NCBI GenBank assembly: GCA_015680685.1
Contig: MNCI01000811.1
Span: forward strand, 236,381 to 300,380
Reading direction: 5' to 3'
Length of the DNA: 64,000 nucleotides
Source: Gnetum montanum
Lineage: Eukaryota > Plantae > Gnetophyta
The position numbers and the translations under genes were made by a program. Under the pieces are notes generated by a model. That model worked only from the letters and a program-made list of their open reading frames with translations. It ran no database searches and was not told the DNA's origin. This document shows positions 1-12,335 of the stretch, piece by piece (position 1 is the stretch's first letter; every line of letters begins with the position of its first letter).

Positions 1-2068
1 GATCTTGAGCTATGAAAAGTTGAAGAAGCTCTCTCATTATAAAGGGACACCTGGATCATGGACGGTTCTCTTGCAAGTCTTTAATTGTCATCAATGTTGA
101 ATGATGAAATAACATAAGGACTATCATTGGCATTCAATAGGTCTCTATAGACCTACATTGACTGGTTTTGTGGTCAAACTAGGTTAGAAGCATCTACAAT
201 CAGTTCCCTAATATCTATCACCCTTTGTAGGTCATCCTTTAGCACAAAGTAGAAGTCTATATCATGACTACATAGTTGATGATAATGGTAGAAGCAGTCT
301 AGTTTGAAGTATCTAGGGAACAAGGTATTTCCTTTCATTGCCCGAGAGGGATCTTTGGCTATTTCACATAGTGGCTCATGTTTCTTTCGAGTGACTTTAG
401 TCATTTATTTATGTTTCATGCACCCACTTCTTAATAGTTTATGAACCAACTCAGACGGTTTTAGTGGCAACTTAGTGTACTTATATCTATCCTTTCTTTG
501 GAAGTTAGGTCTATTTGTTGTTGATGTATCGGTCCTAGACATTGATGGTTGGTTACTACGGTCATTGGTGGGGGCCTTGGGTAGGTTGAACTTTGGCCCT
601 TGGTTCATGGTCTTGTTTTCCTTGGTCATGGTTGATATGGTAGTGTTGCTTTGTTTGCTATTTTCTTTGTCTCTTTGAGTATGTTGGTTTTTATATAATA
701 TATAGGCTAGATCATGGCTGGCCTCTATAGCATCCTCTATGTTTTTAGTTTGTGAGAATGCTTGGCTAAGAGACTATGAATCAAGGTAGTAAATTTTTGA
801 CTTGATCAAGTCATTAACTACTCCCTTGAATATGGCTAATAAGTGGGCTTTGGCTATGAGCTCTAGTATTTCATTCAGAGTGCATTCCACTATTGAATAA
901 ATTTTTGTACAAGTTCTAAGGATCCTTGCTTGACCTTCATGAGTTGGTCAAGCGTTCTATCAGGCTTCAAGTTATACTTGAAGAAATTGACAAACTAGGC
1001 TACTAAGTCTTCTAGAGAGGATATAGATCCTCTAGGTAATGCATGATACCAATAGAGTGCTTTCCCAGTCAAAGACATAGGAAAAATCCTCATGATTGTA
1101 TGAGGCCATGGCTACAAGACCAAATATTCAGATCAAAAGGTGATAAGGTGAACATTAGGGTCATCTTCTCTATTATATTTGCTAAATTGTGGAATGAGGA
1201 CACTAGGAGGAAGTGTTAAGGTTGGAACTATAGGACTTATGGAATCATCCTAGTAGAAGTTCATACTCTTCATAGTTTATATCATAGAGGCTTTAAGCCT
1301 CTATAATTCCTCTATTAGGTCTTGGATCATTTGGAAGTCTTGATCCAAGCCTTGAAATGGCCCCATAAATTGTGAGGTTTGTACATAAGGTTGTGGTATC
1401 TATTGTGAGGCTTCTGGCCTCATTATGGGTTTCATGATAGAAGGAAAAGGTTGCTCTATGGTTGTGGCTTGTGGGCCAAACAAAGAAAAAGATGTTTGTA
1501 CTAGTACTTGAGACACAAATGGGACAAACGTAGTGTGTGATCCTTGTGTTATGAGGGGTCTCATGGTGGACCCCATGTGACTAGTTATCAAATTTATGGT
1601 GGTAAAACCCACCATTGATGGTTTTGTATTTCATGGCTATGTTGCAAATGGCATTGATATGTTATAGTTTGTTGCTTGTGACATTGACTAAGTGTGATGC
1701 ATAGCCACAACTAGCATGAGATCTACCGTAGTAGGGTGTAGAGGAGTGGAAAATGGTAGCACCATTCCCATGGAGAAAACAAAAGCATTAGGAAAAGGTT
1801 CTATGACATTGGGGGATGTTTGTTGAAACAACCCTCCAAGGATGTTTTCAAGCTCAGATTCTACCCTAAATTCATCCTCTTCTTCATGTTGTTCCCCAAA
1901 GGTAGGCTTGTCATCTTCTTCCTCTACAACAATCAATTGGACTAGGACACTAGAATAAATGTCATTAAGGGGAATTTCTTCATATGGAAAAGGAATTTAC
2001 TCTTTTCCACCCCTGTGTATGAGCTCAAACTCCCTTTTGGCCTCAACTTCAGTTTGTGGAATTAACAT
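1..2068 (-). pseudogene. gag: Degenerate gag of a Ty3/gypsy Tat/Ogre-like retrotransposon; runs off the window start
   Basis: Minus-strand translation gives LTLPPSVLIPQFSKYNREDDPNVHL (~1150-1225) and MSLTGKALYWYHALPRGSISSLEDLVA (~1000-1080), typical of the Retrotrans_gag domain. ORF 174..404 contains YHYHQLCSHDIDFYFVLKDDLQRVID, resembling the Tat/Ogre YCxYHxxxGHxTxxCxxLKxxIQxLI motif. Multiple stops and frameshifts. Confidence 0.8.
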
Positions 2069-2461
2069 GCCTGCCTATATTTTGGCACAAATTAAGTTAT
2101 AATGATCTTCATTTATGGCTACAAAATTAGGACTCTTCCCTTTGACTCTCAAAGATCACTTGCACTCAATGACTATAGGGTCTTTGGGATCATACACCCT
2201 CATGACTTGTTGGTTATGATCTTCACTAGTGAAGGTAAAGGAAAATTTGGTGGATTTTTGAAAAGGCATGGTTATAGTGTTGATAATTGCTTAAGAATAT
2301 GCTATAAATGTTAAGATAAGAATAAATTCTAGTGAATGGAATTCAAAAACTCTTAGAGAAAATGAAAAAGGCAAAAACTGATATAATTTCTATAATTAGT
2401 AAGTGTGGGATAAGGGGGGTTTACCCTTTTACCAGAAATAGAATATTGGCAATGTTGGCTT

Positions 2462-3430
2462 TAAACCTCCCCCAAGTTGGCTTCCCAAGTGCCTCTACAC
2501 TAAGTATGGTAGGGGGAAAAGAAGAGGGATGAGATAATGGAAATATCACACCTTCCTATTCCAATGTTGGAGAGAGGAGAAAAAGTTTGAAGACCAAAAT
2601 GAAAACTTGGTAGTTTCCAAAGATGGTTTTGGCAAGTTTCCAATTTTCATCAAAAAGGAGGGAAAAATGGGCTTGGTTGGTATGGAAACCAATGTTGGTT
2701 TAGTGAAAAATATTATTTCAACAAAAATTTAATGTTTATCAAGGCTTCCATGCTATCATTTCCCTATGAATTCACAACAAATGTTGTGAAATTCTAGCAC
2801 CCAAACCACCTGCAGCTTCCACGTTGAGGTTTCTAGCATAGGGGGGAATGGCAACATTGGATTCCTTGAGAGTTTTGGCTAGAAAATTTCTTCCAATTTG
2901 CATCGAAAGTAGATCTAGTTATAAAATTGGTTTCAAACTTCACCAGCACTAGCCTCCCAACTACTTCCACATTGGGTATGGTAGACTAAGGAAAGAAGGG
3001 GGGTGAGATGATAGGAATCTCATACCTCTTAGCTCAATGTTGATGGGGTGATAGGTTGAAAACCAAAGTAGAAAGTTATTAGTTTCTACTAAGATTAATT
3101 CTAGGTAGTTGCTAATTCTCTCAGCTTGGAAAAATGGGGGAAAAAGTCAACTCACAGATGAGTTGAACCACCCACTTTTAGAAGCTAGAAAATAAAATTT
3201 TGGCAACAAAAATAATTGGAGAAAGAGATACCAACACTAGCTTTGGGCTTTAAAATTTATAGAAAGTGCTGTGAAAAAACAAAATCCAACCACCTGCAAC
3301 TTCCATGATGTAGTTTTGATCATAAGGGGGGAAAGACCAACATTTATTTTTCAAATGTTTTGGCTACAAAAAATGAAGAAAGAGTTTGTAAAAGGCTATG
3401 AAAATGATAGATCTAGATATAGAATTTAGG
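2462..3430. repeat. Diverged ~470-490 bp tandem duplication in the retroelement 5' leader
   Basis: Colinear matching blocks: GTATGGTAG..GAGAT (~2503/~2976), AACCACCTGCAGCTTCCAC vs AACCACCTGCAACTTCCAT (~2803/~3288), TAGATCTAGTTATA vs TAGATCTAGATATA (~2910/~3409). Confidence 0.75.
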
Positions 3431-3435
3431 CAAAG

Positions 3436-3453
3436 GTCCTCCTTCTAGTACCA
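3436..3453 (-). promoter_or_regulatory. Primer binding site of the Tat/Ogre-like element
   Basis: Minus strand reads TGGTACTAGAAGGAGGAC, resembling a deaminated form of the TGGCGCTAGAAGGAGG-type PBS of Tat-lineage elements. It lies upstream of gag. Confidence 0.6.
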
Positions 3454-3464
3454 AGAAAAAATAT

Positions 3465-4560
3465 TGCAACCAAAAACCTTGATTGCTAAAATGGGAAGGT
3501 AAACAAGGATCCTTGATGCAAGCAGTTTCTCAACCCCAAATCCCCAAGGCCTTCACAACAAAAATGGGATTCAGGGTTCCTTGGCCAACTGAACATATCA
3601 ACCAAGGACTTGGAAGATGAAAAACATGAAAATATAAATAAATCCAAATAATGCACAAATAATAACTTTATTTTTGAACACAAAACTTAAAACTTAAAAC
3701 TTATTGAGAAAAGAATAACGAATAACCTAGAGAAATGTTTAAAAATGGTGCCTATATGAGCAAAAAAAGGGATTTAGTTGAGCAAGAGTTCAAATCCCAT
3801 TGAATTCAAGATGATCTACTTCATAATCTAGGTGTTAAGCCACTCTTGATGTTATCAAACCTTCCTTTGTTACTACAACCTTGGATCTACTAATTTGGTC
3901 ACTCCTAGGGGGATGATAAAGATGGAATGTTTGGATGCCAAGTTGCTCCACGCAGGGGTTGGAATCTCAAAAGTGCAATGTTAACACCAAAATTCACCAA
4001 ATCTTAAGGCCTCACTATTTCCATGTTGGGGTTCAAGAGACTACAAGTATGTGAACTTACAAGAGCTCTTGAGTGCCTGAAAATACTGTTGGCATGGAGT
4101 TGTGTGTATGAAAATTGCTGTTGAAAATTGTTGAAATGACCAAAGTGCTTGTGTGTCTAAAAATTGCTAAATGTGAGAAAAATTTCTAGAACCTATAAAA
4201 AAATTGTGTGGAACCTATAAATGATGTTGGAGTTTGGATTTTATAGGGTATTTGGGCCATGAATGACTCTACAAATTGGCTGCCAAATTCGGGTGAAATG
4301 GGTACCCAAATTTTGGGGGTTACCTAACATAGTAAGTGCTTCCCTCCATGGCCATTCCATTTACTAAAAGTAGTAACTAGGGCACCCCTTCCATGCTGGA
4401 GATGAATCTTCCATGCTGAGCTCTCCACCATGCTTGTTGAAGTGGCTAGTCAATGTTGAAGTGCATAACTTGATGAATTTTGCTTCTTCTGGCTTCCACT
4501 TTTGGGGTTTGTGGTGTTTCAGATTATAAATTAGCTTAATTTTTGTCAATATTTTTAACA
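3465..4560 (-). mobile_element. Putative 5' LTR of the Tat/Ogre-like element; outer boundary approximate
   Basis: Adjacent to the PBS. Minus-strand CCCTATAAAA TATA box at ~4240-4249, with repeated CTTCCATG motifs upstream (4340-4435). The partner LTR is not in the window. Confidence 0.5.
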
Positions 4561-4599
4561 AAAATTTATACTAGATTCTTTTCTCAAAGAACATAAGAT

Positions 4600-6711
4600 A
4601 GGATTTGATTCCTTAAGATTGGAAAGATGATCTGTAGAAGATTATTACAAGGAATTCTATGTTCTATCTTAGTATGTAAGTCACTAGGATGAGTGAGAAT
4701 TAGGATCTAAATTTATTAGTGGACTACATTCACAACTACATTCCTAGACTCATGCACATAATCCTCAAACAGTTGATGAAGCCTTGAAAATTACTAAGGA
4801 TTATGAATAATCAAATCAAGTATGAACTACTCTTAGACAAGCAACAAAAAAAGAAACACTAACCAAAAGAGCTCGATTAGGACCGAGATCTTTTGTTTGT
4901 GGTGAAGATCATTTCAAACAACACTATCCAAAATTGTAAGCAAAGGTACAAAGGACCAAACAAATTAGGAATCAAAAATCCAACCTAAACATGAATAATG
5001 GAAAAATCCAAACCACAACCATAGTCATGAAGAATATTTCTACATCAACTAAGTTAGGTTTGCATAAATTTCAATTTTCCTTATTGATTTTTGAAGGTTC
5101 AATTAAAGGTAAAAAAATTAAATTTTTGATTTATAGTGGTGCTAGTGATAACTTTATTTCTCCAAAGTGAATTACTTTATTAAAATTAAGTTTACCTTCC
5201 AAAAAAATTATTAAGATAGAACTTGCAAATGGAACAACTATGGGCAAGTGTACCAAGTATGGAGAAATTACCTTTACTTTGCAAGACATGTCTTTTGTTG
5301 ATGAATTCTTTGAATTTAAATTAGGTGATGTAGATGTGATCTTAGGAATATCTTTTTTGAAAAAATTTGTACCCACTTTGGAACTCATATTTTAAAGGTG
5401 TCAATCATTGATGGAGTTCGGGTTCTAAGGGAGGTAGCAATAGCAAAGCAAATTCACATGATAACCATTAAGAAAGCCAAGAGAATAGTCAAAAAGGATG
5501 CTACAGTGTTGGATATCAAAGTAACTTGAGTTTAGATATCTTCAAGTATTGAGGTTCCAAAGAAACTTAAGGAATATAAACATTCAATATATGGTAAAAA
5601 TAGAAAATTGCCTCCAAAAAGAACTATTGAACATGCTATTGATATTTTTCCTAGTACAAAAACTATTTCAAAAGCCCCTTATATATTTTCCACTTTTGAA
5701 TTAAGAGAACTGAAAGTACAGTTAGATCAACTATTGGAAGAAGGAAAGATCCAACCTAGCATATCACCTTGGGATGTTCTAGTATTATTTGTTAAAAAGA
5801 AAGATGGTACATTAAGATTATGTATCAATAATATGGCATTGAATAAAGTGATGATTAAAAATACTTATCCTTTGCTTAGAATCGATGATTTGTTTGATCA
5901 ACTTATGGTTGCATGTTATTTTTTGAAGATCTATTTAAAATCACCAAATAAGGATTAAGGAAAAAGATATTGAGAAAACTACATTGAGAACTATATATGA
6001 ATTATACAAATTTGTGTTGATGTCATTTGGATTAACCAATGCACCTGCAACATTCATGGCTTTAATGAATAATATTTTTTGTGAATATATTGATCAATTT
6101 GTTATAGTATTTATGAATGATATACTTTTTTATTCTAATTAAAGATAAGAACATGCCAAACATTTGATAATCACAATGGAAATTATTAAAGAGCATCAAT
6201 TGAAAGCTAAATTGAGTAAATGTGAACTCTTTAAAGAAGAAATTTCATACTTGGGCCATATAGTTTCTAAGAAAGAACTACAAGTAGATCCAAAAAAAGT
6301 TAGTGCAATTTAGGATTGGCCTAAACTAAAAGATGCTACAATGGTTTGTAGTTTCTTTGGTTTAGCATGTTTTTATTGATGTTTCATTAAAGATTATTCT
6401 ACTTTGGTGTTCCCTTTAACTAACCTTTTTCAAGAAAAATGTGTGTTCAATTTTGATGAGAAATTCAAGCAATCTTTCCTTAGATTAAAGATGCTACTCA
6501 AAATAGTAGCTACTTTGAGAATTCTAGATGAATAGTTACCATTTGAAGTATCCATGGATGCCTATGAAATAGAAATCAATGTAGTTCTATCATAAGAAGA
6601 TAAATGGTATGTTATGAATCTTGTAAATTACAAGGAGATGAGGTAAATTACTTAATCCATGATTTAGAATTACTAGCAATTATTCATGCTTTAAAAGTTT
6701 GGAGGAGGCAT
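4600..6711 (+). pseudogene. pol: Degenerate gag-pol of a chromovirus-type Ty3/gypsy element (zinc knuckle, protease, RT, partial RNase H), 3'-truncated
   Basis: SFVCGEDHFKQHYP (degenerate CCHC, ~4890); LIYSGASDNFI (protease, ~5126); [11 protein letters not shown]...[14 protein letters not shown]...[13 protein letters not shown] (ORF 5608..5958); FGLTNAPATF; VFMNDIL (YxDD site, ~6108); IHDLELLAIIHALKVWRRH, which ends abruptly at ~6711. Confidence 0.9.
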
Positions 6712-7922
6712 TGTAATTAACTAGAAAAGATAAGAAAATGGTGGCCTTAATTTGAAATAAATTAAAGGCCCTAATTCAACTACATGGTTTTGTTAGATAA
6801 TAGTTATCATAACCCCAATGAAGAAGTGGCTTTATAATAAAGACACCATCTTACTATTAATTTTATTTTGTTTTAAGTTTTGATGATATTGATTTTCATT
6901 GTAGTATTAATCTGGATTAGTAAATGTTAGGTCGAACTTCATTAAGGGATCAATATAAATCTATCTTCTGAAAGCTCATTCCTTTAAGCTGTTGATTTTT
7001 ATTACGACCACAATGATAACACATGAGGCACTCAAAAAAATTATAATGTTATCAATCTTTTATCAATTTAGCCAATGTGAATTGATATTTTTGTACCATA
7101 TATCGATCCTTATCAAGGCCACATTATTCAAACATGAGATATTTAATCAAATTTATTCATGCTTGATTGCTATTAATTTAATTGATATGAATCAATATCC
7201 CATTTGTATACTTCTTAATTTAAATTGATAAATTCAATAATTAGGTTAATACCCTAAATTTTCCTTTACATCCTATTAATTCATATCACTAGAGTTGATA
7301 AATCTCAAGTTCACTTTTAACAAGACATCAAACCCATAGTGTCTCTTGATACAACCAATTCTAAAAATGTTTATGATTCTACTACTAACATTTATGGACA
7401 TTGATGCTTTGATATTCTTCAATAAAAATACTTTTCCTAATCACTTTACATCATAATGTGTGATACAAATCGATAGTAAAATGATAATTCTATTTACCTA
7501 ATGATATACATAATTTTATTTATTTTTCTACTCCTCATGATTTGTTCTTATTATTTGGGTTGGAGTCCACATATAACTCTATTAGGAAGACCATTCCTAG
7601 AATTAATTAGGTTAAAACATCACCTTACAAGGTTTACTTCATTTAATGCAAGAATATCTTACAAAATCAAGGTCTTCACCTTTTCTATGTTTTAAGAATC
7701 CAAGATGCATTTCTTGAATCAAACTCATTCTCTAACTTGTTCTTGGATCAACTTCCATGTTGGTTATACCTTACTATACTACCCACTTGAAGTTGGTTGT
7801 CCCCCCTACCAATTAGGCTATGTATCATACCTAGGTTAATTAGTGAATAATCACAAATTTGGCTAGCTAAGAGAATATAACAAAAAACAAAAATGCCATG
7901 GGTTTAATATATCCTTTACTAT

Positions 7923-8438
7923 CTATAGAGTACTAGTACAATGGGCCTTGCAAATGTTAATATCCATAATGCACCACCATAGTAGAAATCTTGACCACTA
8001 ACACATATGGAGGGCAGAATGGAAAACACATGTACCGATAACCATAATAAATGGAATCTCAAAAAGAAATAGGAAAGATATGATAAAACAAGAGAAGAAA
8101 ATATGGGAATCTACAATAATCATGAAGGTAGAAAGTAACATGAAGAAAAGGACATAATAAGCCAAGTAATATAAATTAGAAAAAATAAAAGGAAGTAGGA
8201 AATACCTCTTGAGATAAGCCAAGCCACCATATCTACTGTCATATACTAGACAAAAGGTGATAGCTAAAAAAATGGGTATGAGAAATTATGATTCCACCCA
8301 TAGATACTCTACTTACAGAATAAGGTTTTTTAGGAATGCTTAAAATTTTGAGCATTGAGCATCACTCCAACCATAAGGTTCTTGTGGAAGTACTGCCCTG
8401 CGTATGATTGAACGTTCTTGTGGGATCCTTTTACTCAT
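7923..8438 (-). pseudogene. Putative small hydrophobic accessory ORF downstream of the element A integrase (172 codons, 4 internal stops)
   Basis: ATG at 8438 is in frame with ORF 7998..8222 and reads MSKRIPQERSIIRRAVLPQEPYGW...FLIPIFLAITFCLVY...FIFSNLYYLAYYVLFFMLLSTFMIIV...FFSCFIISFLFLFEIPFIMVIG. Internal stops are TAA/TAG, consistent with deamination. The T-rich strand could inflate apparent hydrophobicity. Confidence 0.35.
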
Positions 8439-9099
8439 ATTGATAATGTTATTTTTATTTTATTTATTTTTAATTAAGAAAAATTAAGGCCATGTTTAAT
8501 CATGAGGTTCTTGTTTGGAAAATTTTATTTTTGAATCTAATTCATGGGTTGCTTACTTGGATTTTGATGAAGTTTCTCATGCTAGAATCACCATTATGGA
8601 TAGTTCCAACATGACATAGCCTTTTCTCCTTATTGACTTATCCAAGAAGTAATTACTAGAACCGTTCATAAATGCCCAAGAACTAAACCTAGTTATTATT
8701 CCTATTATTCATGAAATGTTTTTTAAAAACTAAAAGAATATTGTAAAAAATAGAAATAAAATAATTAACTAACATAATTTATTGGTTTATTAGTCTAAGG
8801 CTCACCCTTAGATGGATTCCAGGTTTAAACTAACCTATCTCAAGGTAGGAGGAGTTGTCCTTCTTCATTGCATTCTAAACATGATGCTAATGAATTCTTT
8901 AAAGTTCCAACTAACAATAGAATTTCCTAATATCCTCTACATTTTTAAGGTAAAAGTTATACATAAAAATAATGCATTTGTTATATTACAATATTACATA
9001 AGGCTTTTGTTAAAGGTTACTACCCATAGCCTAGACTTCTAATTGATGCTTGTCATTTCCTTCATCTTTGGGGTAAGTTGGTTCACCTTAATTTCCTAA

Positions 9100-11030
9100 T
9101 TAGTCCTCTCCTAATTCCTCAATTTGATGTTGATGGTATAACATAAGTCTTTGGCCATTGACCAAAAATGTAGTTGATGAATCATCAATAGGTGTAATTA
9201 AGACACTTCCATTATTGTGGGGTTATACCACTAGATAAGGGCCTTCCCACGAAGTTGTTAACTTACTTGGAAATTTATGTAGTCTTATATTATACAAAAG
9301 GACTTTATCACCTATTGAAAAATGTTTCTTAAAAATATCCTTATCATGCATACTCTTCATTTATTTTTTATAATTTTTTACTTGTCGAGTACATGTAACC
9401 TCATGTCATCAAGTTCATGTATTTGAATCAGTATAAAGTCATGATTTGTTTCATCATTGAAATTCAATTCTTGTGCTAATTGTAAAGATTGGTATTTGAT
9501 TTTTATGGGAAATAAAAAATTTTTCCTATAAACCAATTAATAAGGTGAATAACCTAAAATTGGTTTATATGTAATCCTATAGGCCCAAAGTATATCTTGT
9601 AATCTTTTGTACCAATCTTTCTTTTTAGAACATGGTTTTTGTTAATATCTTTAAAATTATTTTATTTGCATTTTCCACTTGACCATTTGTTTGAGGATGA
9701 TAAGCAGTAGCTTTCTTATGTTGAATTACACAAGACTTAAGGAATTTTTCCATTGTTCTATTTACAAAATGGGTTCCTTGATCACTTATGATCACTTGTG
9801 GAGTTCCAAATCATGTTAAAATATTATCTCTAAGAAAATATACCACTACTTTAACATCATTTGTTGGGGTAGAGTTAGCTTCTATCCAATTAATAACATA
9901 GTCTATGCAAACAAAAATGTATTGGCATCCATTAGATGATGGAAATGGTCCTAATTCAGTTATTAAAATTGGGTTTAGTAGAATTTCTTATTTTTTGGTT
10001 ATTTCCCCTATCCATTGGCATTTATCACATTCTTGTTCATATTTATGTACATATTTAAATATTGAAGGCCAGTAAAATCCACTTCACAAAATTTTGATAG
10101 CAATTTGTCTACTATCAAAATGTCCATCTCCAAGATCATTTTGACACATATGTAAATTTCTTGTTGCTCATCCTCAGCCATACATGTTCTTGCTACATTT
10201 TCCTTACATATTCTATAAAGATATGGTTTATTCCAAATGTATTTAGAGATGTTTCTTAAGAAATATTGCTTCTCTTTACTCCATTGGATTGGGATTTTCA
10301 TAGTGGCAAGGTGGTTTGGTATATCAACAAACCAAAGATTTTTCTTTATAGAAAAAAGTTATTCATTAGGGAATTCATCATTAAATACACCTTTTGTTCT
10401 ATTTTTCATCCCTTATTTTCAATCTAGAAAGGTTGTCTACTAAGACATTTTTTCTACCCCTTTTATCTAAGATGTCAAGGTCAAATTCTTAGAGTAATAG
10501 GTACCAGCTCAATATCCTAGCATTTTTTATTTTTTTAGTAGCTAAAAATTTAATGGCTGAATGTTCAATGTGAACTCTAGTTTTATATCTAATTAAGTAT
10601 TATCTAAATTTATCCAAGGAATATACAATGTCCAAGAGTTATTTTTTGTAGTTGTATAATTTACTTAGGCTTTATCTAGACTTTTAGAGACATAATAAAT
10701 GATCCATGGTTTATTATCTATGTATTGCCTAAAGACTACCCCTACCATAGTGTCACTAGCATCACACATCAAATCAAATGGAAAATCCCAATTATTTTCA
10801 TTTATTATAGGAATGGTGGATACTATTTTCTTTAGTTTTGAGAATGTTGCTTGAGAATCATTAGTCCATGTAAAAGGAACATCCTTTTCTAGGAGCATGT
10901 AAAGTGGCTTAGCTATTTTTAATAAATCCTTAATAAATTGTCTATAATATCCAACATGTCCTAGAAAGGATCAAATAGTCTTTAGGTTAGTTGGAGCAAT
11001 GAGTATAGATATTACTTTTACATTCTCTTT
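9100..11030 (-). pseudogene. pol: Element A (Athila-like Ty3/gypsy): RNase H and integrase part of pol
   Basis: FLGHVGYYRQFIKD; ORF 10665..10898 WDFPFDLMCDASDTMVGVV; YIWNKPYLYRIC (ORF 10008..10301); GPFPSSNGCQYIFVCIDY; FGTPQVIISDQGTHFVN; AYHPQTNGQVE; SWEGPY; FLVNGQRL. Confidence 0.9.
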
Positions 11031-12239
11031 TGTGGATCATTAAACTTAGAAGGGGAATGAATAAGTTCCTCAAATTTAAATTCTTTGAACAAAGCACATA
11101 CACCAAATTTAACAGGGCTTCCCAACTTGGGTTGTCCATACTCAGAGGGGAGATCACAAGCATACCTCTAGACTTTGTTGCTCTCAAATGTGGTTTCAAG
11201 GATACCACAACTTGTATAATCTCTAAGCCTCACTCTAGAGTCTTGTGATGTTGCACCAACCACACAATCCCACAAGGTCTTGTTAGGCTTAAAATGCAAT
11301 TTCCAAGCTTCCATAACCTTTACAATCTTGAGCTCCACTTCATAGTGTTGTGTTGCAACACCAAATACTCAATCTTGCACAATCCTAAGAACCTCAAGTA
11401 AGATGCCTTCCTGCAAGAAGCACATTAACCCCATAGGGTCCAAGGGAGAACAAGAATTACAAGGGATGAATGAAACTTAGTTTACTGATCCTTGTACTTG
11501 GAGGTATAGCACATTTTACAATAGAAAAATGATAATACAATGATAAATAGTGATTACAATTATTAACAAATGATTGTACAAGAGCTTGCCCTTTTCCCAA
11601 TGAGAGTGATTTCTTCTTATAATCACCATGTTTCCCAATCCATCTTAGAACTCATGCAACAGCTAGCTAATGGTAGCTAATGATCATGGAATATGTCTTC
11701 TTCATGCCTAAGACATCTTTCTATATTTACCTCCATTCTAGAAAGACTTCTTTGTTTGGTGGAACATGTCTTTTTGAAACTGGCCTACATTCCATGAAGA
11801 TGTCTTTATCTAGGAAAAGATGTCTTTACCTAATGAAAGACATCTATTGTTTCTTGAAGATGTGTTTATATGTGCATCCTTCAATTCTGACAAGAAATCT
11901 ACTATTTCTTAGAGATTTATTTCTTCACCTTCCTTTACAAGATGAATTCTTCGTTCCTTGTTCATAACCTTGCACTTCCACATACTCCAATGATGACAAC
12001 TTTGCTTATGAGTTATTTGGTCCTTGTCCACATTCTTGAATGCTTCCATGTTTACTTAAGATCTTCTGGATGATCTTCTCCTTTGAGCTTTATACCAATT
12101 TGTTCCTTGTCATCAATGTAGGCTTTATCTCATCTTGTTTTCCCAAGTATGTTTTCCCACAAGCACAACAACCACACAACCATACACATAATCTTTGCCT
12201 CCATTTTACTTAATGTTTTGACACACCAAAAGGTCCATA
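11031..12239 (-). repeat. 3' LTR of the SIRE-like element
   Basis: Colinear with 15983-17191. The terminal CA is mutated to TA. PPT is adjacent. Confidence 0.9.
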
Positions 12240-12335
12240 ATCTTTTCCTTTTTAGTGATGTTAAAACTTAATAAAATGGGTTAGTAAACAAGCAAAGAAC
12301 TTGAAATATAATATAACCTACTCTCCCCCTTTTTG
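12240..12335 (-). promoter_or_regulatory. Polypurine tract plus an upstream extra PPT motif
   Basis: Minus strand AAAAAGGAAAAGAT next to the LTR and AAAAAGGGGGAGAG at 12321-12334. Multiple AGGGGGAG-type PPT motifs are an established SIRE/Maximus hallmark. Confidence 0.7.

Noticed and set aside
475-678. Hydrophobic ORF resembling a membrane protein (likewise 33722..33928, 59775..59978, 60653..60865)
   Set aside because: Antisense shadows of A-rich gag or integrase sequence.
6712-7800. Candidate 3' LTR of element A (starts TGTAAT; CCCCCC at 7801)
   Set aside because: No terminal CA next to the putative PPT and no matching partner found by eye after 33930; left unannotated.
11680-11967. Paralogous ORF pair 11680..11967 and 16636..16902 as a duplicated gene
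   Set aside because: Both lie in the two LTR copies over the AAGACGTCTT array; similarity reflects LTR duplication.
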